The position numbers and the translations under genes were made by a program. 64,000 nt of DNA. Origin: an uncultured Chloroflexia bacterium (GTDB lineage: Bacteria > Chloroflexota > Limnocylindria > Limnocylindrales > CSP1-4). The notes under the pieces are model-generated. The model was not told where the DNA came from and did not search any database. It worked only from the letters and a program-made list of their open reading frames with translations. The stretch lies in assembly GCA_963813535.1 (NCBI GenBank), contig CAWEZH010000003.1:384001-448000 (forward strand), in the 5' to 3' direction. Shown here piece by piece: positions 39,246 through 49,561 of the stretch. The number at the start of each line of letters is the position of its first letter. Positions within the stretch are counted from its first letter, which is position 1.

Positions 39246-40348
39246 GCGACGACACGCGCGGGCTGTCGATGAGCCGCGACCCGGCGCCGGACCCGGCCAC
39301 GCCGCACGCCGGCCAGGCGCCGGCCGCGCAACCGTTGACCGAGATCGTCCTCAGCCCGCCGGCCCGGCCATCGCGGCCACCCGTTCCGCCACCCGTCGAT
39401 CCGCCACCGTCGATCGAGCTGACCATCGACGGCCGGACCGTCACGGTCCCGGCCGGCACGACCATCCTCGGTGCGTGTCGTGCCCTCGGCATCGATACGC
39501 CGACCCTCTGTTACGCCGAGAACCTGACGCCGGTCAACGTCTGCCGGGTCTGCGTCGTCGAGGTGGCCGGCGCGCGTGTCCTGGCCCCGGCCTGCTCGCG
39601 CACGGTCGAGGCCGGCATGGATGTCCAGACAGACAGCGACCGAGTCCGCACCTCGCGCAGGGTCGTGCTGGAGTTCCTGGCCTCGTCGGTCGATGTGTCG
39701 CTCGCCGGTCCGGCCGTGCCGGACGGGACCATCCACGACTACATGGACCGCTATGACGCGGATCCGGGTCGCTTCGGGGAGCCGGCCCGTCCGGCCGCGG
39801 CCGGGGAGCGCGATGCCCATGAGCCCGGTCATCACCATGCGCCGTCGGCTGAGGAAGCCGGGTATGCCGCGACCGTCGCCCAACCGACCAAGGTCGACAA
39901 CGAGCTCTACGTCCGCGACTACTCGAAATGCATCCTCTGCTACAAGTGCGTCGAGGCGTGCGGCGAAGACGCCCAGAACACCTTCGCGATCGCCGTCGCG
40001 GGGCGCGGGTTCGACGCTCGCATCTCGACCGAGCAGGCCGTCCCGCTGCCCGAGTCGGCCTGCGTGTACTGCGGCAACTGCATCGGCGTCTGTCCGACCG
40101 GCGCACTGATGGCCAAGACCGAATACGACATGCGCGCCGCCGACACGTGGGATCCCTCGGCCCAGACCGTGACGTCCACGATCTGCCCGTACTGCGGCGT
40201 CGGGTGCGTCGTCGACCTCCACGTGCAGGACGACCGCATCCTCAAGGTGACATCGCCGTTGGACTCGACCGTCACCGAGGGCCACCTCTGCGTGAAGGGC
40301 CGGTTCGGCTTCGAATTCGTCAACGAGCGTCCGAAGCCGTCGGCGTGA
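39242..40348 (+). CDS. Fe-S subunit (NuoG/FdsA N-terminal part: 2Fe-2S, two 4Fe-4S, plus molybdopterin-oxidoreductase Fe4S4 domain)
   Basis: PTLC, CRVCVV, CILCYKCVEAC, CVYCGNCIGVCP, ICPYCGVGC...LCVKGRFG. Confidence 0.92.
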   Translation: MSDDTRGLSMSRDPAPDPATPHAGQAPAAQPLTEIVLSPPARPSRPPVPPPVDPPPSIELTIDGRTVTVPAGTTILGACRALGIDTPTLCYAENLTPVNVCRVCVVEVAGARVLAPACSRTVEAGMDVQTDSDRVRTSRRVVLEFLASSVDVSLAGPAVPDGTIHDYMDRYDADPGRFGEPARPAAAGERDAHEPGHHHAPSAEEAGYAATVAQPTKVDNELYVRDYSKCILCYKCVEACGEDAQNTFAIAVAGRGFDARISTEQAVPLPESACVYCGNCIGVCPTGALMAKTEYDMRAADTWDPSAQTVTSTICPYCGVGCVVDLHVQDDRILKVTSPLDSTVTEGHLCVKGRFGFEFVNERPKPSA

Positions 40349-40776
40349 CCCTGTCGCCCGCAGAGCGCGACCTCCTGGCCGACGCTCGTCGCGCCACGCT
40401 CGGCACGATCGACCCGGACGGGCGACCCCGCCTCGTGCCGATCTGCTTCGTCGTGGTCGAGGACGTGCTGTGGACGCCGCTCGACGAGAAGCCCAAGACC
40501 GTCGCCGATCCGCGTGCGCTCGCCCGCGTCCGAGACATCGAGGAGCGCCCGGAGGTCACGTTGCTGGTGGATCACTGGTCCGAGGACTGGTCGGAACTCG
40601 GGTGGCTCCGTCTCCGCGGCCGCGCCACGGTCATCGAGCCGGAGCGGGTCCCGGACGGGATCGTCCCGGCCTTGCGCGCCAAGTACCCGCAGTACGAGCA
40701 GCAGGAGTTGGAACATCGACCCGTGATCCGGGTCGAACTGGACCGCGTCACGAGCTGGTTCGCCGCCAGGCCGTGA
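40345..40776 (+). CDS. PPOX-class putative F420-dependent oxidoreductase (Rv0121-like)
   Basis: ATLGT..PDGRPRLVPICF, DEKPK, DHWSEDWSELGW, KYPQY; GTGA overlap. Confidence 0.8.
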   Translation: MTLSPAERDLLADARRATLGTIDPDGRPRLVPICFVVVEDVLWTPLDEKPKTVADPRALARVRDIEERPEVTLLVDHWSEDWSELGWLRLRGRATVIEPERVPDGIVPALRAKYPQYEQQELEHRPVIRVELDRVTSWFAARP

Positions 40777-40803
40777 CCTGACAGGGCGGATCGACCTGTC
40801 CGC

Positions 40804-41676
40804 TCAGCCCCAGCCGGTGAGATCGCGCAGGTCGATCCTTCGGTCGTGGCAGTAGACGTTGAACCCGTCGGCCCGGAGGAAGCCCACGAGCGTCGCGTCC
40901 AGCCGCTCGGCCGTCTCGATCGCCAGGTCCGACGGCGCCGACACGGCGGCGATGATCGGGATCCCGGCGACTGCCGCCTTCTGGACGATCTCGAAGCTGA
41001 CCCGGCCCGACACCATCAGGATCCGTTCGTTGAGCGGCAGCTCCCCGGCCAGCACCTGCGAGCCGATCACCTTGTCGAGCGCGTTGTGCCGACCCACGTC
41101 CTCACGGATGGCGATCAGCTCCCCGGCCGGTGAGAACAGTGCCGCGGCGTGGAGGCCGCCGGTCTCGTCGAAGGCCCGCTGGGCCGCCCGCAGCAGATCG
41201 GGCAGGGCCAGGATCACCGTGCGCGAGACCACGGGGCCGTCGGGCAGCGGGTCGACGCGCAAGGCGACCTCGTCGATGGATGCCTTGCCGCAGATGCCGC
41301 ATGACGCGGTCGCCACGAAATGGCGTTCGGCCACGGCCGAGTCGTCGAACGGCCGCGACAGGCGCACGACGATGGTGTCATCAGGCTGGTTGAGGGTGAC
41401 CGGGTCGCCAGTCTCGGTGCCGACGACCTCGGACCCATCGATGAGCCCCTCCGTGCGCAGGAACCCGATCGCGAGTTCGGCCTCGTGGCCCGGCGTGCGC
41501 ATCGTCACCGCCACCGCCACGGGGTCCTGTTCGGGCCCTGCCGCACGGATCTCGAGCGGCGCCTCGCCGACGATCCGGTCGGGGCGCACCTCGAGCGACG
41601 GCCCGCGCACCGCCACGATCGATCTCGTCGTGATGTGACGGATCGGCGGATCTGCCCGTTCGACGTGCTGCGCCAT
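40804..41676 (-). CDS. fdhD: Formate dehydrogenase accessory sulfurtransferase
   Basis: TMRTPG, SCGICG, TGGLHAA, REDVGRHNALDK, SGRVSFE, SAPS. Confidence 0.95.
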   Translation of the reverse strand: MAQHVERADPPIRHITTRSIVAVRGPSLEVRPDRIVGEAPLEIRAAGPEQDPVAVAVTMRTPGHEAELAIGFLRTEGLIDGSEVVGTETGDPVTLNQPDDTIVVRLSRPFDDSAVAERHFVATASCGICGKASIDEVALRVDPLPDGPVVSRTVILALPDLLRAAQRAFDETGGLHAAALFSPAGELIAIREDVGRHNALDKVIGSQVLAGELPLNERILMVSGRVSFEIVQKAAVAGIPIIAAVSAPSDLAIETAERLDATLVGFLRADGFNVYCHDRRIDLRDLTGWG

Positions 41677-41787
41677 CACCGGCGAGTGTACTGGCCGACC
41701 CCGGACCGTCGGATGGTCGCCCGGCGCTGTGGGTCACCCCATACTCGCGCCCCCGGTCGAGGACCGGGCCGAACAAGGGGGACCTCT

Positions 41788-42495
41788 GTGAACGATTGGG
41801 TCTGCGGAAACTGCAAGTCGATCAACCGCCCGTCCGCGAACTCGTGCTACAGCTGCGGCGGCGCCAGGGAGATCGTGGCCGTGCCCGATCCGCGTTCCGC
41901 GCGGCCGACCGCTGCCAGCGCCGATGCACTCGGTGTCAGCGCCGCCGGCGTGGGTGCGCTGAGCGCGCCACAGACCCAAGGGGCACCACTCCCGGCGCCT
42001 GCCACTGACCTGCGCACCGCGGCCCCCGTCGCCACGCCGCCCCGTCCCGCCAGCATGTCCGACATCCTCGGTGGCTTCCTCGCCGGCCTCGTCGCGGCGG
42101 TCATCGCGAGTGCCGTCTGGTACGGCGTGGTGGCCGTCAGCCATTTCCAGGTGGGCATCGTCGCCATCGCCGTCGGCTTCCTGGTCGGCCAGGGCGTCGT
42201 CCTCGGCGCACGGCGTCACGGCTCGATCGCCCTCGTGGCGATCTCCGTGGTCCTGACCCTGTTGGCCCTCGTGGTCAGCGAATACCTGATCATCGCCCAC
42301 TTCGTCGGGCAGGAGCTCGGCATCCAGGTCGAGCTGCTCCAGCCGCCGGACTTCGTCGCCAGCGTCGTGGCGGAGTCGGTCCAGGCCGACCCGCTGACGC
42401 TCGTGTTCTGGGCGATCGCCCTCTTCCAGGCGTTCGTGATCCCGTTCCGCCTCGTTCGCAGCGGTACCGCCGAGACCCCGGCCTACGCCTCCTGA
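41788..42495 (+). CDS. Membrane protein with N-terminal RanBP2-type zinc finger
   Basis: WVCGNCKSINRPSANSCYSCG, Pro/Ala linker, four TM. Confidence 0.75.
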   Translation: MNDWVCGNCKSINRPSANSCYSCGGAREIVAVPDPRSARPTAASADALGVSAAGVGALSAPQTQGAPLPAPATDLRTAAPVATPPRPASMSDILGGFLAGLVAAVIASAVWYGVVAVSHFQVGIVAIAVGFLVGQGVVLGARRHGSIALVAISVVLTLLALVVSEYLIIAHFVGQELGIQVELLQPPDFVASVVAESVQADPLTLVFWAIALFQAFVIPFRLVRSGTAETPAYAS

Positions 42496-43724
42496 CGCGT
42501 CAGGAAGACCGCGCCCCCGGTCGGTCGCAGACAGTGCGTGGAGCTCATCGCCTGGTGATAACCGCCGGCGTTGAGTAGCGCGACGACATCGCCCTCTTCG
42601 ACGGGCGCCATCGGGTAGTCCTCGGCGAACACGTCGCTCGCCTCGTTGATGTGGCCGGCCACGGTGACGCGCGTCGTCCGGTCCCGCGCGGGATCGCGGC
42701 ACGGGACGATCTCCTGGGCAAAGCCGTAGATGAAGTACGCGCAGTTGACGTTCCAGCCGATATCGAGCCCGACGAACGTCACGCCGCGACGCGTCTCGAC
42801 GGTGACGACCTCCCCGAGGAGGATCGCCGCGTCCTTCGTGAGCGCGTCGCCCGGCTCGGCACCGACGGTCACGCCGAGCGGACCCAGGTGGCGGGCGACC
42901 ACGTCGGCGTAGGCCTCCAGGTCGACGCCCGCCTCATCGGCACGGGCGGGGACGCCGAGACCACCGCCGATGTTGACCTCGCTGATCGCGTGCCCGGCTG
43001 CCCGCGCCCTGACCACGGCCTCGACCGCCGCGGGCAGCGCTCGCTCGAACCCGGCAAGGCCGCCGGCGAGCCAGCCTGATCCGGCGTGGAAGTGGATGGT
43101 GTCGACCGCCAGGTCGTGGCGGGCCACCGCGGACAGGGCGTCGTCGAACCGTTCGAGCTCGATGCCGAACTTCGTCGGGCGGTCGCCGCTGTACTCGAGG
43201 TGGGGCGTGTATCCGGCGCCGCTGCCCGGGTCGATGCGGATCCCGATGCTCCTTCCCGCCGCACGCCGGCCGTACCGCTCGATCTGGCTGATCGCGTCGA
43301 GGTTCAGATGGATCCCGTGCTCGAGCAGGACGTCGAGGTCGCGGTCCGAGACGTTCGTCCCCGTGTAGCTGATCTCGCTCGCCTGCCATCCGCACTCGAG
43401 GGCACGCAGCACCTCACCGGGTGAGCAGGCGTCGATGCCGACGCTCTCGACCGTGCCCGGCGCCCCGAGGCCACGGAAGACCGCCAGGACCTCCGGCAGC
43501 GGGTTCGCCTTGAGCGCGAGTCGCAGCCGGAACGGGACGCCCGTCCTCGCGAAGGCGGCCTGTAGGGCGCGCGCGTTCTCGCCGAAGCGGGCGAGGTCGT
43601 AGGCGAACAGCGGGGTGCCGTGCCGGCGCGCGAGCGTCTCGGCGTCGTGGCCGGCGATCGACAGGCGATCCTCGGTGATGTCGAGGCTGGGCCGGACCCA
43701 CCACGGAGCGGCGACCGTGGTCAC
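42483..43724 (-). CDS. lysA: Diaminopimelate decarboxylase-family PLP enzyme
   Basis: GTPLFAYD, ALKAN, TKFG, HFHAGS, NIGGG, EPG, AGGY; HINEASD has N where LysA has the catalytic C. Confidence 0.75.
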   Translation of the reverse strand: MTTVAAPWWVRPSLDITEDRLSIAGHDAETLARRHGTPLFAYDLARFGENARALQAAFARTGVPFRLRLALKANPLPEVLAVFRGLGAPGTVESVGIDACSPGEVLRALECGWQASEISYTGTNVSDRDLDVLLEHGIHLNLDAISQIERYGRRAAGRSIGIRIDPGSGAGYTPHLEYSGDRPTKFGIELERFDDALSAVARHDLAVDTIHFHAGSGWLAGGLAGFERALPAAVEAVVRARAAGHAISEVNIGGGLGVPARADEAGVDLEAYADVVARHLGPLGVTVGAEPGDALTKDAAILLGEVVTVETRRGVTFVGLDIGWNVNCAYFIYGFAQEIVPCRDPARDRTTRVTVAGHINEASDVFAEDYPMAPVEEGDVVALLNAGGYHQAMSSTHCLRPTGGAVFLTRQEA

Positions 43725-43978
43725 GCTCCGTAATGGATCACGCCATCGCGTCCTGTCCAGTGGTTCGGGCCATCCTCGATGTCGACGCCGATCGCCTCGA
43801 CGAGGCGCCGGCTGGCTGCCGCGACCTCACGGATGGCCGAATCGAAGGCGTCCTGGTTGCGGGCGCTCGGCTCGCGATAGCCGCTCAACTTGCGGACGTA
43901 CTGGCGGGCGGCTGCCTCCAGTTCGCCGGTCGTCGCCGCTTCACCCGGACGACGGAGGGTCTTGATGCTCCTGCACAT
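43721..43978 (-). CDS. DUF2277-family small protein
   Basis: MCRSIKTLR...AARQYVRKLSGYREPS..N..AF. Confidence 0.85.
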   Translation of the reverse strand: MCRSIKTLRRPGEAATTGELEAAARQYVRKLSGYREPSARNQDAFDSAIREVAAASRRLVEAIGVDIEDGPNHWTGRDGVIHYGA

Positions 43979-43996
43979 GTGGTTACGGTAGGGCGC

Positions 43997-44894
43997 ATGG
44001 CCGTCCTTCGCCACCCGGCGCGGCTGCTCCTCGCCGTCGTCGCCGGCCTGCTCCTTGCGCTGCTCATCGATATCGCCAGGGTCGGCGGTCCGGGGGTATG
44101 GCTGCTCCGCCATCGACTCCAGCCGCTCCAGGCGGGCGCCGGCGAACGATTCGATGTCGGCGGACACGCGCTGTACATCGACTGTCGCGGCACGGGTTCG
44201 CCGACGATCGTGCTCGAGGCCGGGATGGGCGACGGGGTGGCGGGCTGGGCCCCGGTGGTCGATGGGATGGCCGAGACGACGCGGACGTGCGCATACGACC
44301 GCGCCGGACGCGGCTCCAGCGAACCCCGCGGACGGCACACGGTGGCCGACGCCGCGGATGACCTGCGGACCCTCCTCTCGGCTGCCGGTGAGTCACCGCC
44401 GTTCATCGTCGTCGCCCACTCGCTCGGCGAGGTCCATGCGCGCGTGTTCGCCGACCGCTATCGAGACGAGGTGGCGGGTCTCGTGCTCCTGGATGGCTTC
44501 AGCGTGGACCTCGAGGCCGACTGGATCCATCCGCTGCTCGGCGACCTGCGCCCCGAGTACGAGGCAGGAGCACAGCACTTCCGCGACCTGATCGCCGGGG
44601 TCGAGGACCTCGACTGGGCGACATCCGAGGAACAGCTCCGCGCCACCGACATCAGCGGGCATCCCGATCGTCGTGCTGCAGGCGCCACGTGTCGAACCGC
44701 GACTCGACGGCCCGACGAACGAGCGGATCGCCGCTGCCTGGGAGGCCGCGTTCAAGGCCTTGTCGCCGGGCCGAGTCCGCTACGAGATCGCCTGGGGCGC
44801 CGGCCACATCGTGCAGGCCGACCGACCCGACCTCGTGATCTCGGCGGCTCGCGAGCTGGTGGAGTCGGCACGCGCCTCGGCCCCTCCGCGTTGA
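43997..44894 (+). CDS. Membrane-anchored alpha/beta hydrolase; +1 frameshift near 44658
   Basis: CRGTGSPTIVLEAG, YDRAGRGSS, AHSLG, then AGHIVQADRPD in the next frame. Confidence 0.82.
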
Positions 44895-45034
44895 CCTCCG
44901 TCACCAAAAGGTCGCTTTGCAAGGTGCGATTCCAGTTTGGTCGCGTATCCTGCTACCCCTGTCGTCCTGGGACCATGCACATCGATGGTCCTACGGGAAT
45001 CGGACTCATCCATATCTTGGGGGACCCATCGCAG

Positions 45035-47444
45035 ATGCTTTCCGCCACGCGCCCAATGCGTCGCCTTGCGACGATCCTGACCTCGCTCGGTCTGACCGCG
45101 ATCGTCGCGACGAGCTCCGTGCTCGCCGGGACACCGGTCACGAACGGCTATCGCGACCACGCCTATGGCGGCGGTGCGACCCGACCCGCCGGTGACAAGC
45201 CGCAGTCGAAGCTGTGGTACACGGACGAGGGCGGCGGCACCGTCCAGTGGTGGGGCGGCATGTTCCGCTACAGCACCTCGCCCCCGCTGTCGGAGTTCCG
45301 CATCTTCAAGATGAGCGCGGACAAGACCTCGTGGAACCCGACGACGACGATCGTCGATCGACGTGACGCCTCGCATGGCGACTACCTCTGGGACGAGGCG
45401 GCGAACACGCTCTACGTCGCATCGATCCCGGTCCCGAACAACACCGCCCCGTTGACCGCGCCGACCACGCCGGACGACGTCCGGATCTTCCGGTACACGT
45501 ACAACGCGGCCACCGATACGTACACGCAGATCGGCGGCAGCCTCGCCTACAAGCCGATCGCCGGGACGGCAACCACCGTCGGTCCCGACTTCCGCGGCGG
45601 CGCCTGGACCGTGTCGATCGACAAGGACTCGACCGGTCGCCTGTGGGTCGTCTGGCCGCAGGGCACCCAGGTCCGCTACAGCTTCTCGGACGACAACGGC
45701 GAGACCTGGTCGGCCGCCGCGCAGGTTCCTGCGCAGGCCGCCAACTCGATCAACTTCGAGACGCTGTCCCGCAGCGACTCGGCCTCGGTCATCGCCTTCG
45801 GCAGCCCCACCAAGGACACCGTCGGCGTCATGTGGAGCGACCAGGACAACCTGCCCGCCCAGGCCGACAACGGCTACTACTTCGCGACCATCGCGGCCGG
45901 GGCCGACCCGACCCAGGCCGGCAACTGGACCACCGTCGAGCTGCCCAAGCTCGCGAACCTCACCAACAACGAGGCCGACAACCACATCAACATGAAGACC
46001 ACCAGCGATGGCTCGGTCTACATGGTCGGCAAGACCCGCGCCGAGACGACCCTGTGCGCGACCAACAAGAACCGGCCGAACATCCCGTTCTTCCGGCGCA
46101 CCCCGGGTGGCACCTGGAACACCTATCTCGTGGCGACGGTCGGTGACTGCGATACGCGGCCGCAGGTCGTCATCAGCGAGCAGCTCGACGTCGCCTATGT
46201 CTTCCTCACCACCCCGAACGGTGGCGGCACGATCTATCGCCGATCGGCGCCGTTGACCGGTCCGGATGCCTTCGTCTTCCGCGGCCCGGCCGACGAGATC
46301 GTCAACCGTGGCGTGCCGTTCATCAAGAGCACGACCGAGACGCTGATCGACGACTCCTCGACGACCAAGCAGGTCGTCTCGTCCGCCAGCGGCATCGCCG
46401 TCATCTCGAACAACCTGACGTCGTCGACGTCGTCGAACACGAAGGTCTATCTCCACAACTACATGGCGCTCCCGTCCAGCGATGCCGCCGCGCCGAGCGG
46501 CACGGTCACGATCGCCGGCGGGGCCGCGAGCACCAGCGCCCAGACCGTCAGCGTCGCCGTCCCGGCGACGGATACCGGCAGCGGCATGAGCCTTGTCCGG
46601 CTGTCGAACAACTCGGACATGAGCAACAGCACGACGTACCTCTACACGACCCCGATCAGCTGGACGCTCAGCGCCGGCCTCGGGACCAAGACGGTCTACG
46701 TCGAGTGGCGCGACGCGGCGGGGAACTGGTCCTCGACCGCCAGCGACACCATCGAGCTGACCGACGACGTCACCGCACCCAGCGCGCCGACATCGGTGAG
46801 CTACCGGATCTTCGGATCGGGCCGCTTCGGCATCCCGGTGCGCGTCGAGTGGCCCGCCGCCAGCGACAACGCCGGTGGTAGCGGCATCAAGGAATACGAG
46901 GTGCACAGGTCCGTCAACGGCGGTGCGCTCGCGCCTTACGCGGTCGTCCCCGCATCGTCGGCACCCGGCCTGTCGCTCGACCTGCCGAACTCGGCCATCA
47001 CCTACCGGTTCTGCGTCAGGTCCGTCGACAACGGCGACAACCTGAGCGCGCTTCCGCTGCAGCGCGACGTTCAAGACCGTGAGCGTGAGCGAGTCGAGCG
47101 CGGCGATGCACTTCACGGGCTCCTGGTCGCTCTCGAGCTCGTCCGTGTACGTCGGTGGCAAGGCACGCATCTCGTCCACCGCCAATTCGAGCGCCTCGGT
47201 CAGCTTCCGCGGCAACCGCGTCGGCTGGTACAGCCGGCTCGCCCCGACCAACGGGCAGGCCAAGGTGTACATCGACGGTGCCCTGATCAAGACCGTGAAC
47301 CTGAACTCGGCGACCGTCGTCGACCGGAAGCTCGTCTTCACCCACACGTGGACGGCAGTGGGCAACCACTCGATCCGCATCGTGGTGAACGGGACGGCCG
47401 GCCACCCGAAGGTCGTCGTCGACCAGATCTTCTATCTGCAGTAG
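45035..47444 (+). CDS. Large secreted protein: Asp-box propeller-like domain plus Ig/FN3-like and jelly-roll-like domains; +1 frameshift near 47050
   Basis: Signal peptide, KPQSKLWY, Asp-box SDDNGETW, D..APSGTV.I, GTKTVYVEWRDAAGN, GQAKVYIDG. Confidence 0.75.
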
Positions 47445-47532
47445 TCCCTACTGCACCCCGAGCGCGACAGCGGAGGATAGCCGTTCCGCGGCTATCCTCC
47501 GTTCATGCCCGGTCCGGTCGAGCGCGATCGGG

Positions 47533-48157
47533 TCAGCGCGGTGCGCGCTTCCAGTACAGCGTGCCCGTGTAGCAGTGGTCGAGCTTCACGCACAGCCCAC
47601 CGGTCATGTCCCACTGCCGACCGCTGACATACGGGCCGCGGTCCACGACGCGTGCCGTGACGATCCGGCCGTTGTCGGGGTTCTTGAACGTGACCCGCGT
47701 GCCGCACGGCAGCGTCCGGTGCGCGACACCGATGAGCGTCCGGGTCATGGCCTGACCGCACGCGGTGCGCTTGCCGTAGAAACCCGGGCCGTACCAGGAC
47801 ACGTTGCGGTCGAGTCGCCAGCGCGGCTTCACGACCACGTCGGCCTTCGCCTCGGGTTGGGCAGCCTTCGGCCGAGCCTGTGGCGGCTCGTTCGCGGTGT
47901 TCGGCTCGTACAGCTTCGAGCGTTGATCCTGAGCACCCGCGGAGCGGGCGCGTGGATCCAGGGGCAAGGTCTTCGTCACCGGCCCACGGACAGCAGCGAC
48001 CATCTCGACTTGCGCGGAGAGATCGACGGAGGGGGTTCGGTTCGGGCTGGGGACCCATGAACCCACCGGTCCGGGGACGGCGACCGCGGCGAACATGGCG
48101 ATGAGCGCCATCCTCGCGACGACCCTTGGGCGTCGCACGTCTTGGCGACAGTAGCAT
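47533..48157 (-). CDS. rlpA: RlpA-like (DPBB) lytic transglycosylase; probable +1 frameshift near 48125 (in-frame ATG at 48111)
   Basis: SWYGPGFYGKRTACG, VAHRTLPCGT, VVDRGPYV.GR..D. Confidence 0.85.
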
Positions 48158-48224
48158 CGTCCGGGGTTTCGTGGCTTGCGTGCACCGCCATGACCGCATA
48201 TCGCAGACGTGACAGACTCGCGAC

Positions 48225-49136
48225 GTGCCCCGTCCCGACGCCACCGTCGACATCGACCTGGACGGCCCGCTCGACCTCGTCCGGTCGCTCGGTCCGCTCG
48301 TCCGGGGGAACGGGGATCGGACGATCCGGTTGGCGCGCGATCGGGCCTGGTGGGCGACCCGGACCACCGATGGACCGGCGACCGTCCGGTTGACCCTCGA
48401 CGGACGGCGGCTCCAGGCGGACGGCTGGGGCGCCGGCGCGGATGCAGCACTGCAGCGCATCCCGCGGCTGTTCGGAGCGGGCACCGATGCCCTCGCCGAG
48501 ACCGCGGACACGCGCATCGCGCACCTGTCCCGACAGCGTCCCGGCGTCCGCATCCTGCGGACCGGCGCGGTCATCGAATCGCTCGTCGCGGCGATCCTCG
48601 AGCAGAAGGTCACGGGTACCGAGGCCCATCGCGCCTGGCACGGCCTCGTCCACAGGTACGGCGAGCCCGCCCCGGGACCCGCCGAGGTCGGGTTGCGCCT
48701 GCTCCCCGCGCCGGCGACGCTGGCGGCACTCCCCTACTGGGCATATCACCCGCTCGGCGTGGAACGCCGCCGGGCCGACCTCATCCGGGCTGTCGCCCGC
48801 CAGGCATCGACGTTCGAGGGGCTCGTCGACGCCCCGTTGCCGACCGCCTATGCGCGGCTCCAGGCCGTCCCGGGGATCGGGCCGTGGACCGCGGCCGAAG
48901 TCGGCGTGCGGGCGCTCGGGGACATCGACGCGGTGAGCGTCGGCGACTTCCACCTGCCGCACCTCGTCGCCTACGCGCTGGCCGGGGAGCCGCGAGCGAC
49001 CGACACCCGCATGCTCGAGCTGCTCGAGCCGTACCGCGGACGGCGCGCGCTGGTGGTCCGTCTACTGGAACTCAGCGGGGTGCGCGCGCCGCGCTACGGA
49101 CCGCGCCTGGCGCCGCGTCGCATCGAGGGCATCTGA
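48225..49136 (+). CDS. alkA: AlkA-like HhH-GPD DNA glycosylase
   Basis: AILEQKV, VPGIGPWTA, GDIDAVSVGDFHL. Confidence 0.8.
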   Translation: MPRPDATVDIDLDGPLDLVRSLGPLVRGNGDRTIRLARDRAWWATRTTDGPATVRLTLDGRRLQADGWGAGADAALQRIPRLFGAGTDALAETADTRIAHLSRQRPGVRILRTGAVIESLVAAILEQKVTGTEAHRAWHGLVHRYGEPAPGPAEVGLRLLPAPATLAALPYWAYHPLGVERRRADLIRAVARQASTFEGLVDAPLPTAYARLQAVPGIGPWTAAEVGVRALGDIDAVSVGDFHLPHLVAYALAGEPRATDTRMLELLEPYRGRRALVVRLLELSGVRAPRYGPRLAPRRIEGI

Positions 49137-49164
49137 CGCAGCGACGGAAAGCAGGGAGGTCGCC

Positions 49165-49509
49165 ATGCCGACATTCGAGAAGTCGTCACCCGAGCTGGTC
49201 GCGCGGTTCGACGCGACCGCGGCGCGCTTCCCTGAGGCGCAGCGCCGCAAGATGTTCGGCTACCCAGCCCTGTTCGTGGGCGGCAACCTCGTCACCGGGC
49301 TATTCGCGGAGTCCTGGATGATCCGCCTCCCGGACGACGACCGATCCGAGCTGCTGGCGCTCCCGGGAGCCGCCCCGTTCGAGCCGGCGCCCGGCAGGAC
49401 GATGAAGGGCTACGCGACGCTGCCCGACGACGTCGTGGCGGACGATGCGGCGCTCGACGGTTGGATCAAGCGGGCGATCGCCCTCGGGAAGACCCTCCCC
49501 GCGAAATGA
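49165..49509 (+). CDS. TfoX N-terminal domain protein
   Basis: RKMFGYPALFVGGN, PFEP.PGRTMKGY, LPAK. Confidence 0.85.
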   Translation: MPTFEKSSPELVARFDATAARFPEAQRRKMFGYPALFVGGNLVTGLFAESWMIRLPDDDRSELLALPGAAPFEPAPGRTMKGYATLPDDVVADDAALDGWIKRAIALGKTLPAK

Positions 49510-49510
49510 C

Positions 49511-49541
49511 GACGCCGGCCTCTCGGATGAGGGCCGGCGTC
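49511..49541. terminator. Hairpin between convergent genes
   Basis: GACGCCGGCCTCTC-GGAT-GAGGGCCGGCGTC, no U tract. Confidence 0.45.
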
Positions 49542-49561
49542 GAACACGACGGAGATGCGGG

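Noticed and set aside
43733-47572. 1279-aa ORF as one giant hydrolase-adhesin fusion
   Set aside because: Artefact: a +1 indel near 44658 carries the hydrolase frame through an intergenic promoter region into a separate gene with its own SD and signal peptide.
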